A stretch of 64,000 bases of DNA from Clostridiales bacterium (GCA_017513085.1 JAFWDK010000015.1:96001-160000); one strand, 5' to 3'; positions 29,866 through 40,537 are shown, counted from the stretch's first letter. Translations and numbers: made by a program. Notes: generated from the letters alone by a model not told the origin.

Positions 29866-30026
29866 GGTCTACTCCTCCGCTTCGAACCGCTCCATGTTCC
29901 GTCACTCAGAAATGATCCTGGCCGTAGCATTTTACTTCACTTCTGATTATACAGAAAAGATCCGCTGCTTCACAGAAATTACACTACCGGTACAATAGTT
30001 TTCATTTCGGAATTTTAGAAGTAACC

Positions 30027-30542
30027 TTATTCTCCCTTGCCCTCATTTTTCTCATAACACCGATGCATGAGATAGTGGGCGAATCTGAGGTTTGCCATCA
30101 TCAGAAAGATGCTTGAAGAAATGATCATGACCGTCAGAAGATCAAATGCGATATACTCTGCACTTCGGATGAGGATGCAAAGACTCACCGGCAGAAGGAT
30201 CACGCTGGTGATGAGTGAAGGAATATATTTCCTGATGTACATACTCTGTCCGATATGGATCACAAAATGCGCGGTAAGAGAAAGCAAAAGCCCGAACCAT
30301 ATCGTTTCCAGAACATACCCGGAAAAATAATACGCCAGAAGACTGATGCCGAAAAACGGTATGAATTCCTCATATACGGCGAGGGCCATGCCTTCCGTCG
30401 TGAACTTCCGATAAGCCTTCGTGACTTTGGGAAACCGTTCGAACAGCTGTGGATTATTCCGAAAAAAACGTCCAAAGCCGATGATCTCTTCCATATCATG
30501 GACGATAAACATGATCGGAAGAAGCAATATATATTCTCTCAT
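30027..30542 (-). CDS. HXXEE-domain membrane protein
   Basis: VHDMEE motif, H..Q...YIP; multi-TM. Confidence 0.8.
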   Translation of the reverse strand: MREYILLLPIMFIVHDMEEIIGFGRFFRNNPQLFERFPKVTKAYRKFTTEGMALAVYEEFIPFFGISLLAYYFSGYVLETIWFGLLLSLTAHFVIHIGQSMYIRKYIPSLITSVILLPVSLCILIRSAEYIAFDLLTVMIISSSIFLMMANLRFAHYLMHRCYEKNEGKGE

Positions 30543-31207
30543 ACGATTCCCCTCTCTCTCCATTTACGGACCACACCCGCATAGGCATCACCTTTTTTCC
30601 TTACAAAGGGGCGGATTCCGAGGCAGAAAATAATCCTATGGCAGAAGCACTGGACCAAATGTTTTTTCTTTCCTTTGATCTCCCATATCAGTCTTTCCGA
30701 TGCTCTAAAAGTTTTCCTCGTGATCGCTTTTTCCATACCGGAAATACCGTTAAACGGGATCTTCAGTAAGATGTGATCACTTATTTTTCCACCGGAATAT
30801 AGGACCAGATTATCCAGTACTTTTCGCGCAGATCTGTTTCCATAATTTTCTCCTGTCGCCACAGTGATACATGGTTTTCCATATAGCAGCTGTTCGATGA
30901 CGAAATGTCCCCGATCGATGAAGTCTTTCATGAGCCCGGATACATTACTCGCATATGTAGGTGAACCCAATACGATCCCATCTGCTTCACTGATTTTCTG
31001 AGAAAGGATCTCCGCATCATCGGAAAGACAGCAGGCACCGGTTCGATAGCAGGAACAGCATCCTGTGCAGTGAGACATTTCAATGTTTCCGAGATCATAG
31101 AAATCCACTTCCACATCACGTTCTTTCAACTCCTTTTCGATCCTGTGAAGGACCGTCGAAGTGGCCCCTTTACTTCTGGGACTTCCGTTAAAAATCAGTA
31201 CTTTCAT
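30539..31207 (-). CDS. Flavodoxin family protein (NADPH-dependent FMN reductase / iron-sulfur flavoprotein)
   Basis: NGSPR, CxxCxxC..C, GSPTY, K.FIDR. Confidence 0.87.
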   Translation of the reverse strand: MKVLIFNGSPRSKGATSTVLHRIEKELKERDVEVDFYDLGNIEMSHCTGCCSCYRTGACCLSDDAEILSQKISEADGIVLGSPTYASNVSGLMKDFIDRGHFVIEQLLYGKPCITVATGENYGNRSARKVLDNLVLYSGGKISDHILLKIPFNGISGMEKAITRKTFRASERLIWEIKGKKKHLVQCFCHRIIFCLGIRPFVRKKGDAYAGVVRKWRERGIV

Positions 31208-31336
31208 CTTAAAACTCCAAACTACACACTTGTGTATCTTTGAAAAAGAGGATACGATGGAAAAGAAAGTTCGTAAACAGATTTCCAGTAAGATACACAA
31301 TCTCGTGTTTATGTGTACTTTTTGAAGGGGAAAAAC

Positions 31337-31882
31337 ATGAAAGAAAGCAGCAATCCATCCTCCATCCGATCCAAGCAGGAGATCACATCCGCGCTATTAA
31401 ATCTGATGCGCAAATACCCGTATTCGGAAATCACCGTCAAGCAGATCGTTTTAGAAACAGATCTCGCAAGGAAAACATTCTATCTGAACTACAGTTCGAA
31501 AGACGACGTCCTGGACGCCCTAATGAACCAGATCATAGGAGAATACGTGCAGGCTCTTTCTTCATCCGATGATGAACCAATCGCCATCATTTTCAACTTC
31601 TGTAAAAAGAAAAAAGACCTTTTGAAACTTCTTCACAAGAATAATATGCTGTACCTTCTTCTTCTGAAACTGAACGAGGTCCTTCCTGAACACAGTAGAA
31701 AGTCAGACATGAGCCGGAATCCTTTTGCCAAGCTTATGACCGGATTAGATTCCGACTACCTGATCGCATTTAATATCGGCGCCATCTGGAATGTGATATT
31801 CAAATGGGTCGACCATGGCATGAAAGACTCACTGGAAGATATCCGGAACACCATCGACGCGTACCTGAAGCGGTTAGCCTGA
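31337..31882 (+). CDS. TetR/AcrR family regulator
   Basis: ITVKQIV...ARKTFYLNYSSK; divergent from the flavodoxin gene. Confidence 0.87.
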   Translation: MKESSNPSSIRSKQEITSALLNLMRKYPYSEITVKQIVLETDLARKTFYLNYSSKDDVLDALMNQIIGEYVQALSSSDDEPIAIIFNFCKKKKDLLKLLHKNNMLYLLLLKLNEVLPEHSRKSDMSRNPFAKLMTGLDSDYLIAFNIGAIWNVIFKWVDHGMKDSLEDIRNTIDAYLKRLA

Positions 31883-31910
31883 ATAGTCAGCTTTTTTATC
31901 TATACGGCTG

Positions 31911-31960
31911 TTGCAACCTTGATTCTTCTGTGCTATCCTCTACTTAACGATCGTTAAGTA
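31911..31960 (+). promoter_or_regulatory. Promoter with perfect 20-bp palindromic TetR operator
   Basis: TTGCAA-17-TATCCT (with TG), followed by TACTTAACGATCGTTAAGTA at 31941-31960. Confidence 0.72.
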
Positions 31961-31961
31961 A

Positions 31962-32579
31962 GTGAGTGATGCATATATGAACAACAAAGATAATCTTATC
32001 GATGTATCCCTGGATCTCTTCTCGAAGCGCGGCTTCTCGGCTGTGTCCGTAAGAGACATCTGTGGCGCACTGAACCTGAAAGAGAGCGCGCTCTACTACC
32101 ACTTCAAGAACAAGGAAGCGATCCTGACATATCTCTATCAGCAAGTAGATCAGCTGGTCGACAGGATGCGCGAGCGTTTCGATTCGGCTTTCTCCATAGC
32201 AAAGAAGGTCTCCACGAAAGAGATGGCAGGTGTGGCGCAAGGATTTTTCGCGCATTATTATTGCGACAAGAATATCCGCAGATTGATCTGCATGTTAAGT
32301 ATCGAGCGCTTGTCGGATCCCATCGCCAATGATAAGTACCTGAAGATCATGTACGAGATGCCCCTGGAACAATGCAATAAGGTTTTCCGCCAGATGGCAG
32401 AGCGAAAGCTGATAAAAGATATGCCGGCGGATCTTCTGGCCCAAGAGTATCTGGGCATCATTACGATGGCCTTCGACAGACATATTCTTGGAAGCACCGA
32501 CGTGGATCAAGGGATCCTCGCCGGATGCGAAGAAATCGCCCGGAATGTCAGTGCTTTTTACAAGGAGATCAAGGCATGA
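31962..32579 (+). CDS. TetR/AcrR family regulator
   Basis: LFSKRGF..VSVRDI....ALYYHFKNKE; start may be 31977. Confidence 0.9.
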   Translation: MSDAYMNNKDNLIDVSLDLFSKRGFSAVSVRDICGALNLKESALYYHFKNKEAILTYLYQQVDQLVDRMRERFDSAFSIAKKVSTKEMAGVAQGFFAHYYCDKNIRRLICMLSIERLSDPIANDKYLKIMYEMPLEQCNKVFRQMAERKLIKDMPADLLAQEYLGIITMAFDRHILGSTDVDQGILAGCEEIARNVSAFYKEIKA

Positions 32580-33499
32580 GCCAGACAAAAGTATATAAAA
32601 ATGCGAAGGCAGAAAAAGCGATTCGGGAAAGCTACGATGCGCTTCTCAAGATGTGGGGAACCGATATCGAAGAACGGGATATTTCCGGTCAGTATGGAAC
32701 CACGCACGTGATTGAAACAGGAGACAGAAATACACCTCCGCTGGTGCTTTTTCACGGCGTGGGAGATGATGCCGCGCTTATGTGGGTCTATAATGCGGAG
32801 GAGCTGAGCCGGCACTTCCATATTTTTGCCGTGGATACGATCGGCGGCCCCGGAAAAAGTATGCCCGGAGAGGGGTACGATAAAACTTTTGATGATGCCG
32901 TCTGGATTACCGAGATCCTGGATAAGTTGGGATTGGAGAAGGTCTTTATGGCCGGGGTCTCCAACGGCGCGTATCTGACTCAGATGTACATGATCAAGCA
33001 TCCCGAGCGCGTGATCAAGGGCGTCAGCATGGCCGGCGTTCCTGTGAAAACATCCGGCAGCGGCAAAAAGGCCGCCATGAAGGCAATGATGAAAGTCTTC
33101 CTTCCGGAAGCGCTGTTTCCTACTGACAAAAATGTGAGGAAACTGATCCGCAAGATGACCGGCAACAATTACAGTGCTTTTACAGATAACGAGGTCGTGT
33201 TTCATCATTTCAAGCAGCTCATGACCGGGTTCCGGAGAAGTGCCATGATGAATCACAAGGTGCTTGGTTTTTCCGAAGAAGAGATCCTTTCTCTTTCTGA
33301 TCGGCTGCTCTGTATCGTAGGAAAGAAAGATCCGTTTATCATGCTCGGCGGCGCACATCTGGAAGAGGAACTGAAGCGATATCCTCTGCGTGTTGAATTC
33401 ATAGAAGACGCCGGACACGGGATCAATCATGAAAAAGCACTAGAAGTGAATGCCCTGATCGAAGATTTTTTCGGCGTGAGAAGCACCGGCCGTATGTGA
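32576..33499 (+). CDS. Alpha/beta hydrolase (carboxylesterase-like)
   Basis: LFHG, GVSNG nucleophile elbow, AGHG; ATGA overlap with TetR. Confidence 0.87.
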   Translation: MSQTKVYKNAKAEKAIRESYDALLKMWGTDIEERDISGQYGTTHVIETGDRNTPPLVLFHGVGDDAALMWVYNAEELSRHFHIFAVDTIGGPGKSMPGEGYDKTFDDAVWITEILDKLGLEKVFMAGVSNGAYLTQMYMIKHPERVIKGVSMAGVPVKTSGSGKKAAMKAMMKVFLPEALFPTDKNVRKLIRKMTGNNYSAFTDNEVVFHHFKQLMTGFRRSAMMNHKVLGFSEEEILSLSDRLLCIVGKKDPFIMLGGAHLEEELKRYPLRVEFIEDAGHGINHEKALEVNALIEDFFGVRSTGRM

Positions 33500-33506
33500 T
33501 CATTTT

Positions 33507-34061
33507 TCACGGATGTTTTCCGGGCAAACACTTCATATATGATTCGATGATCTTTTCCGGCTTTTCTTTCAGGCCCCTTGCTATCCACCATTTGACCGTA
33601 TGGATGAAGCTTCCGATGACGAACTGTTTCTTAAAAGCATCCGGTACATCCACATCCATATGCACGATGACTTCGCCAAAAGCACTTTCCAGATATTCGG
33701 TGAAGTATCTCGTAAATATCTTCTCCGACTCGCCGTTCATGATCGACCGGATATTCTCTTTATGGTCAAGAATGTGGTACAGGATATGCTCCAGAAGTGC
33801 CCGCATATCTTCGTGATTCTTCGAATAGTCGTGACTCTTTTCCGGCGTCAGAGTATCGGAGAAAACATGCGAAAACATTTCCTTACACATCTGTTCCAGA
33901 AGCTGGTCCTTCGTCTCAAAATGCGAGTAAAAAGTGCTTCTTCCGATATTCGCTTCATCGATGATCTGCTGTACCGTGATCTCTTCGAAACGGTACTTCC
34001 GAAGAAGTCCCGTCAATGCATCGTAGATGGCTGTCCTTGTTTTGATCTGTCGTCTGTCCAT
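33507..34061 (-). CDS. TetR/AcrR family regulator
   Basis: MDRRQIKTR, ITVQQII..ANIGRSTFYSHF. Confidence 0.9.
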   Translation of the reverse strand: MDRRQIKTRTAIYDALTGLLRKYRFEEITVQQIIDEANIGRSTFYSHFETKDQLLEQMCKEMFSHVFSDTLTPEKSHDYSKNHEDMRALLEHILYHILDHKENIRSIMNGESEKIFTRYFTEYLESAFGEVIVHMDVDVPDAFKKQFVIGSFIHTVKWWIARGLKEKPEKIIESYMKCLPGKHP

Positions 34062-34200
34062 ATTTCCGTTCCCGTACATTTTCGCGATTCTGTTCAGTAA
34101 TAGACATATCGCCGATTCTGATTCTGTTATCTGTTTCACGTAGATTATATCATTTTATCGAACAGAGTGTTCAGAAACTTCTGCTTAGAAAGTGAAACCT

Positions 34201-35073
34201 ATGACGAACAGAAAAGCCATCCGATATGCCATATATGCCGCACTTCTTTATGCCATCAGCACGCCCTTTTCAAAGGTCCTCCTAAAGGAGATCCCACCGG
34301 TCTTCCTGGCGGGGCTCCTCTACCTCGGAGCCGCGATCGGAATGTGCCTTCTCAAGTGCTTTTCCAAAGGGAAGAAAGAAGAAGGAAAGCCCTTCACCCA
34401 TAAGGATTATCCGTACCTCATCGGGATGGTCGTGCTCGATATCCTTGCCCCTGTATTTCTCATGATCGCTATCTCGAGATCCTCGGCAGAATCGGTGTCA
34501 CTTCTCAATAACTTCGAGATCGTCGCCACCTCGCTGATCGCTCTTTTTCTCTTTAAAGAGAAGATCTCTCCCAGGTTAGGTTTCGCTATCTTTCTGATCA
34601 CGGTCGCCAGTCTACTTCTCTCGCTCAGTGACATCTCTTCTTTGTCCTTCTCCACATATTCACTTCTTGCGATCCTGGCCTGTTGCTGCTGGGGACTGGA
34701 AAACAACTGCACACGCATGCTTTCAAAGAGTGCGCCGTCGAAGATCGTGATCATTAAGGGATTTGGATCCGGTACCGGATCCGTCATTGTTTCCTTGATC
34801 TGTAGAGAACATATCACGCTGTCCCCCTACATTCCTCTGGCGCTGCTTCTGGGGTTCATCGCTTACGGGTTAAGTGTCTATACCTACGTCTACGCCCAGC
34901 GCTACATCGGTGCGGCCAGGACATCTGCTTTCTACGCCCTGGCACCTTTCATCGGTGCATTTCTATCCATCGCGATCTTCCCGAAGATCCCTTCTGTACT
35001 ATTTGTTATTTCATTCATGATCATGGCGGCAGGGGCTTATCTCGCTGCCGAGAAAGAGAGGAAAGAGACATGA
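34201..35073 (+). CDS. DMT/EamA family transporter
   Basis: About 10 TM segments in two EamA repeats. Confidence 0.85.
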   Translation: MTNRKAIRYAIYAALLYAISTPFSKVLLKEIPPVFLAGLLYLGAAIGMCLLKCFSKGKKEEGKPFTHKDYPYLIGMVVLDILAPVFLMIAISRSSAESVSLLNNFEIVATSLIALFLFKEKISPRLGFAIFLITVASLLLSLSDISSLSFSTYSLLAILACCCWGLENNCTRMLSKSAPSKIVIIKGFGSGTGSVIVSLICREHITLSPYIPLALLLGFIAYGLSVYTYVYAQRYIGAARTSAFYALAPFIGAFLSIAIFPKIPSVLFVISFMIMAAGAYLAAEKERKET

Positions 35074-35663
35074 AAAAGAACACAGAAAAAAGAGACTTCA
35101 AATTCGATAAGCGCGCCGACAAATACGACGACCACTTCGAAGGAAAACTATCGAAAAGATTCTATGCGCTTCTATACCGTTTTACCGGTCTATCCGATGG
35201 AGACAAAGTACTGGATGTAGGCTGTGGTACCGGAACGATCCTGAAGGCATTCCGTGACTTTCAGAATATCGACGGGCACGGCATCGATGTCGAACCGAAT
35301 ATGCTGGAGGTCGCCCGAAGGAAATGCCCCGACATGGACATCCGTGAATGCTCCTGCGAAAACACTCCCTATGAGGATGCATACTTCGATACCCTCACAG
35401 CCTGCATGGCCTACCACCACTTTCCGGATAAAGAAGCTTTCGAAAAAGAAGCCCTCCGGATCTTAAAACCCGGAGGACGCCTCTATATTGCCGATCCGAA
35501 TCTTCCGCATCCGGTCAGAAAACTTGTGAATTTCCTCTGCCGGAACATCAACGGAGAATTCTTCTCGGATAAGGAATTCCGAGAAAGATTTGAGAAGCAG
35601 GGCTTCACCTATATCGGAACACAGAAAGATAAGTACGCCCAGCTGGTCATCTTCCGGAAATGA
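35070..35663 (+). CDS. Class I SAM-dependent methyltransferase
   Basis: VLDVGCGTG, AYHHFPD, RILKPGG. Confidence 0.9.
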   Translation: MKKNTEKRDFKFDKRADKYDDHFEGKLSKRFYALLYRFTGLSDGDKVLDVGCGTGTILKAFRDFQNIDGHGIDVEPNMLEVARRKCPDMDIRECSCENTPYEDAYFDTLTACMAYHHFPDKEAFEKEALRILKPGGRLYIADPNLPHPVRKLVNFLCRNINGEFFSDKEFRERFEKQGFTYIGTQKDKYAQLVIFRK

Positions 35664-35714
35664 CCCTTCGTGCGCACTCTTTCCGAACACGTATACCTCC
35701 TCAATTTAATCGGC

Positions 35715-36452
35715 TCACTTCTGGATATGGTATCCGCCATCCGCATAGACATTCGTACCGGTCATGTAGTCCGCAAGATCCGAAAGAAGGAACATCACCA
35801 CATTGGAGATATCCTCCGGCTGCCCGAGTCTACCCTCCGGGATGAGGGCTTCGGACTGCTTTCTGACCTCTTCATTATCGAATGACTTCTTCGTCATGCC
35901 GGTATAAGTAAAGCCCGGCGCGACTGAATTCACCTGAATATGGAAAGGCGCCAGATCCAGCGCCATCGCCGAAGTCAGGGCCACGATACCGCCCTTCGAT
36001 GCGGCATAGTCAGTCATGTTATTCCTGAAGATTCCTGCACGCAGGCAGCTGATATTCACGATCTTGCCCTGCTTCTTCGGGATCATTACTTTCGAGACAT
36101 ATTTCGACACGATATAGGTTCCTGTAAGGTTCACCGACAGGATCTTTTCCCAATCCGATGTCTCGATCTCGTAGAAAGGCTTACTGTTTCCCCAGATTCC
36201 GGCAGCATTGACAAGTCCGTCGATCCTCCCGAACTTGTTCTCTATATCACTTACCACACGGGCGATTTCTTCATCGTCCGTGACGCTGACTTCGTAGTGC
36301 GAATAAAGAGGATCTTTCAGGTCACTTTCTTTGGCATCGATACCGACGACATTGGCCCCGGATCGGATCAGTTGCTCCACACAGCTTCTGCCGATACCGG
36401 AAGACGCTCCGGTCACAAGAAAAACCTTACCTTCATTGTTCCATTCCTTCAT
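35715..36452 (-). CDS. SDR family oxidoreductase
   Basis: TGASSGIG, VNAAG, YAASK, VNSVAPG. Confidence 0.92.
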   Translation of the reverse strand: MKEWNNEGKVFLVTGASSGIGRSCVEQLIRSGANVVGIDAKESDLKDPLYSHYEVSVTDDEEIARVVSDIENKFGRIDGLVNAAGIWGNSKPFYEIETSDWEKILSVNLTGTYIVSKYVSKVMIPKKQGKIVNISCLRAGIFRNNMTDYAASKGGIVALTSAMALDLAPFHIQVNSVAPGFTYTGMTKKSFDNEEVRKQSEALIPEGRLGQPEDISNVVMFLLSDLADYMTGTNVYADGGYHIQK

Positions 36453-36659
36453 GGTCCTGCCTCCGATCGAGATTCATTTGTTCAATTATATAGCATTTAT
36501 CACAGAAAAAGTGGCACAAATGAAGTGATTATATCAACGGTTGAATCGTTCCCGAAAAATGCATAGAAGTTTTACGAAAAAAGTACTTGAAAAGAATTTT
36601 TAATCATATTAGCCTCTTTATCAGGACGTCCAAATCCTACATTAAACGAGGCAAACAGA

Positions 36660-37649
36660 ATGAACCAGAAACAGCTTCACAACTTCATAGAAAACAGTAC
36701 AGGAAACGAGAGCAACATCTGCCAGATTTACGCCATAAAGGACGGAAAGACCGTCTATGAAGACAACTGGCGCGGCTTCACGACCGAGGATGCCATGAAC
36801 GTCAACTCCGTGACGAAGGGCATCATAGGTCTTCTGGCCGGCATCGCCATCGATCAGGGCTACATTAAGAGCGTAGATCAGAAGGTCATGGACTTCTTCC
36901 CGGACTACGAAGTCAAGCGCGGCGAGAAGACGATCTACGAGGTCACGGTCCGTCACCTTCTCACGATGACCGCACCATATAAATACAAGTCAGAACCTTG
37001 GAAGAAGGTTTGTACTTCCCAGGACTGGACCTTGACCGTACTGGACTTTCTCGGCGGCAGGAAAGGCATCACCGGCGAGTTTAAGTACGCCACACTCGGC
37101 ATCCAGATCCTTGGAGGGATCATCGAGCATGCCACCGGCGAGAAGTGCATTGATTTCGCGAACCGAACTCTCTTTCTTCCCCTCGGTCTTCCCGCGCGCA
37201 TCCCTCACGGCGATTCATCGAAAGAGGATCAGTTCGACTTTCTCATGAACAAGAATCCTCGAAAGAACGAGTGGTACTCCGATCCTCAGGGCGCCGTCAC
37301 TGCCGGCTGGGGACTCTGCGCTTCGGCAAAAGATCTGGCACGGATCGGTCAGCTTGTGGTACACGACGGCGAATACGAAGGTAAAAGGATCATCTCGAAG
37401 AAATATCTTCAGGACATGACCGCTTCGCATCTTAAGCTCGGCGAGCGTTTCGGCAACATGAACTACGGCTACTTGTGGTACACACCCTATGACGGAAAGA
37501 AGATCCACGCCGCCATCGGTGACTGCGGAAACATCATCTACGTCAACAAAGAGAAAAACGTATCTGTCGGCATGACAGGTACGTTCAAACCCCGTATCTT
37601 TGACCGCGTGGAGTTCATCGAGAAGCAAGTGCTTCCGCTCTTCTCTTAG
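36660..37649 (+). CDS. Beta-lactamase-like serine hydrolase
   Basis: SVTK, HLLTM, YGYLW. Confidence 0.87.
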   Translation: MNQKQLHNFIENSTGNESNICQIYAIKDGKTVYEDNWRGFTTEDAMNVNSVTKGIIGLLAGIAIDQGYIKSVDQKVMDFFPDYEVKRGEKTIYEVTVRHLLTMTAPYKYKSEPWKKVCTSQDWTLTVLDFLGGRKGITGEFKYATLGIQILGGIIEHATGEKCIDFANRTLFLPLGLPARIPHGDSSKEDQFDFLMNKNPRKNEWYSDPQGAVTAGWGLCASAKDLARIGQLVVHDGEYEGKRIISKKYLQDMTASHLKLGERFGNMNYGYLWYTPYDGKKIHAAIGDCGNIIYVNKEKNVSVGMTGTFKPRIFDRVEFIEKQVLPLFS

Positions 37650-38158
37650 AGACCCAGCTTCTTATAGATCCCTTCGATGAAGGGTGTCTTATGCTGGATA
37701 TACTGATCGATATCATGCGGGAAAAGCACTGCTCCCTCTTCCTTTATGCGGCTGTATTCAACGACCGCCTCCGGATGAGCCCTCAGATAATCCCGGAAAG
37801 AAACATGCCGCTTCAGTTCCGATGCATCCTTACAGCAGACATACATGTGGTGATTTCGGAGGTGCTCTTTCCCTTCATATCCGAACACTTCACGTCCCGG
37901 AATGTCCTTGTTTCCTTCGTGGTAGTACCCGATTTTCGAAAGAGCACTCACCACGGAAGGAAACACGGATTCATCCTCGATCACCACATCGATATCGATG
38001 ATTGGTTTGGCAGAAAGTCCTTTTACCGAAGTACTTCCCACGTGCTCGATCCGAAGCGCCAGATCTCCGAGCGCATCTTCAAGCTCCGACTTTATCTTCA
38101 AAAAATCCTGCTCCCAAGCGCAATCATAGGGAACCACTTTGATCGTTCTCACTGCCAT
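37646..38158 (-). CDS. GrpB family protein
   Basis: EHVGSTSVKGLSAKPIIDI and FRDYLR..P. Confidence 0.9.
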   Translation of the reverse strand: MAVRTIKVVPYDCAWEQDFLKIKSELEDALGDLALRIEHVGSTSVKGLSAKPIIDIDVVIEDESVFPSVVSALSKIGYYHEGNKDIPGREVFGYEGKEHLRNHHMYVCCKDASELKRHVSFRDYLRAHPEAVVEYSRIKEEGAVLFPHDIDQYIQHKTPFIEGIYKKLGL

Positions 38159-38172
38159 TTTTCTTTCCTCTC

Positions 38173-39063
38173 TTACTTCTTCTTGATCGGGATCCACAGC
38201 TCGCAGAAGACCTCCGGATGTGTGCCGTCGAAGTACAGCTCGTAGTCCGTCTGTTCCGATGCTTCGTAGCCCATCTGCGGCAGGAACTCCTTATAGAACT
38301 TCACCCATGTTTTCGCGATGCAATCGCCGTCTTCTCCCACACAGTCAAAGACCACATATGTGCCCGGGGTAACGTCCCAGATGCGGAAGCCTTTCTTTTC
38401 CAGTTCCGCCTGGTCAAACTCTTTCGTGTCCTCATCGATGATGATTCCGATGCCATACTCGAAGGTATCTTTTCCTTCAGTCGTCGGAGAGCAAAGACCA
38501 TAAAGATCACGCTTTCCATCTTCACGCAGCATCCAGATCGGAGAGAGCATCTGGTTGCTGTTGACCTCGCCCCAGAAATCCGCCACCTCGTGGTTGGCTT
38601 CGTCGTTAATGATCGCGTTACTGAATTCTCTTACCAGTGCGATAAACTTCTTTTCTTTTGTTTGAACAATACGGTAATCCATACTTTTACCACCTTTCAC
38701 AGATAAAGTAATCGTAAGCGGATTAAAAAGCACCAGCTTGACGGGTTCTTCTCTGGCTGTTTTTGGAGCAACACCGTGAAACCTCGTGAATGCTTTGGTA
38801 AAGCTTTCCGGTGTCTCATAGCCGTACTTCATCGCCAGATCCGTGATCTTCGCATCGGTCTCCACCAGTTCTTTTCCCGCCAGAGACAAGCGGCGGCTTC
38901 TGATATATGTGTTGGCCGTTAAGCCCGTCACGAAACTGAAAGCTCTGTGAAACTCGTAGCTCGACGTGTGCACCTGCCTGGCTACGTCTTCATAGTTGAT
39001 CTCCTCGAGAAGATGCTCTTCCATATACGTGATGGCTTTCTGTAATGCTTCGATCCATTCCAT
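38173..39063 (-). CDS. AraC family regulator with GyrI-like effector domain
   Basis: N-terminal AraC HTH (YGYETPESFTKAF); C-terminal ELWIPI. Confidence 0.9.
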   Translation of the reverse strand: MEWIEALQKAITYMEEHLLEEINYEDVARQVHTSSYEFHRAFSFVTGLTANTYIRSRRLSLAGKELVETDAKITDLAMKYGYETPESFTKAFTRFHGVAPKTAREEPVKLVLFNPLTITLSVKGGKSMDYRIVQTKEKKFIALVREFSNAIINDEANHEVADFWGEVNSNQMLSPIWMLREDGKRDLYGLCSPTTEGKDTFEYGIGIIIDEDTKEFDQAELEKKGFRIWDVTPGTYVVFDCVGEDGDCIAKTWVKFYKEFLPQMGYEASEQTDYELYFDGTHPEVFCELWIPIKKK

Positions 39064-39077
39064 GCTTTCGTCCTCCT

Positions 39078-39288
39078 TCTTACACGTCCATTATGGACGA
39101 GATCCGTAAAGGGCACATTTCCTCGTTTGCGGAGTTTTGTCAGGTCCCTCGATATTGATTCCGGGCTCATATCTGATCGGACTCAGACGATAGGTATTCC
39201 CATCATAGAAAAGAGCATACTCTCCGTCCGCTTGTCCAAACTTGATTTCATCATCTTGATAGATTATATTCCATGCAGGTTCATCCAT
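39078..39288 (-). pseudogene. Probable remnant of an internally deleted gene
   Basis: Strong RBS (AAGGAGG) and MDEPAWNII start; the frame degenerates after about 50 aa while another frame ends ..ISSIMDV* just before the AraC RBS. Confidence 0.4.
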
Positions 39289-39332
39289 AGAGACCTCCTT
39301 CATCGGGTATACTCATATAATATCTCTAAAAC

Positions 39333-40484
39333 CTAGATTTCCGTAAAGGACACTATGATCTTCGTTTTCTCCAGATATTCTATCCTGTACTGCTTTCCTT
39401 CTTCCGGTTGTTCTCCAAAAGCACTTCGTAACAGGATCAATCTGCTACCTGGTCTGGATGTAAGAACAGGGCGGAAAGAATGACGCTGTGCATATTCATA
39501 CTCTGTCCAGCCGACTTCGTTTCGGTTACACGCTCCAAGTTCCTTGTATGTTCCTTCGACAGCACAGAACTCGCCTGCTTTATACGACCTATAGTCCTCT
39601 CTGGCCCGCTCCGCATCCTGATACCATGTCCCGATCGCCCCGGCCAAAAACATGGCTATTACGATCAGTAATATCGCCGTAACTGTGATCCGGTTTCTCT
39701 TGGTTAACTTGTCCTTAAAATGTATCGGCTTGATAAAACAGCGGACTATAAATGCCACCAGTGCCGATACTGCAGTAATCACGATCGCTTTCAGGAAATA
39801 CTCTACTTCATACGATGAGTAGAACAAGAACCGTTCTATCGCGTTTTCCGGTGCCGCAGCAGAAAGAAATCTCGGATAGAATATCATTGAAAGCGTGAAG
39901 ACAATGGATATGAAAACGACGAGAACAGACGTACAGGGAAGTTCCCCTTTCGTCCTCTCCTCAGATTCAAGCGGATCGACCGGATACTCGATCTTATCCA
40001 TGTATCCGTGTCCGTTTTTAAAGTAGATTATCGTATTATCATACGGAACCGATACCCGTCCGGCTTTCGGAGCAATTTGTGTATGGATGCCCTTATTTCT
40101 TTTCCATCTCGATATCTCATTACGCTTAAAAACTTTCTTGTTGAACATACCGAAATACACCAGCACATCTTTAGTCAGAAGATATCTTCCACGCTTGATA
40201 GTATCGGGTATTTCTTTCTTGACGGCTTCCTGCATCTCTTCCGGCAAAAGTTTCAAACTCTTGTAGAATTTTACGTTGGAAACGATCTGATATATGAAAA
40301 GTCCTGATCCTGTAACCACTGCTATAGCAATCAGAAAACGGAAAAACAAATCTAAACTGAAAGGCCTGTCGGATGTCTCATGTAAATATACAAAAATCTC
40401 TGCCAGAAAAATAACAGGCAGCAGGCTTAAAAACCAGTATGTAAATCTCTCGTTCCTATAGTATTTGTTAAGTTTGTTGATCAT
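39333..40484 (-). CDS. Multi-pass membrane protein of unknown function
   Basis: Long ORF with about 5 TM segments; start taken at MINKLN. Confidence 0.7.
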   Translation of the reverse strand: MINKLNKYYRNERFTYWFLSLLPVIFLAEIFVYLHETSDRPFSLDLFFRFLIAIAVVTGSGLFIYQIVSNVKFYKSLKLLPEEMQEAVKKEIPDTIKRGRYLLTKDVLVYFGMFNKKVFKRNEISRWKRNKGIHTQIAPKAGRVSVPYDNTIIYFKNGHGYMDKIEYPVDPLESEERTKGELPCTSVLVVFISIVFTLSMIFYPRFLSAAAPENAIERFLFYSSYEVEYFLKAIVITAVSALVAFIVRCFIKPIHFKDKLTKRNRITVTAILLIVIAMFLAGAIGTWYQDAERAREDYRSYKAGEFCAVEGTYKELGACNRNEVGWTEYEYAQRHSFRPVLTSRPGSRLILLRSAFGEQPEEGKQYRIEYLEKTKIIVSFTEI

Positions 40485-40537
40485 ACCAGTTCTATAACTC
40501 CAGCTCCGCCTGCTCATATCCGACACCGGCCGTGATG

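Noticed and set aside
26570-37649. Calling the serine hydrolases, CPT-like kinase or NimA-like protein antibiotic-resistance genes
   Set aside because: Only family-level motifs; substrates cannot be inferred from sequence.
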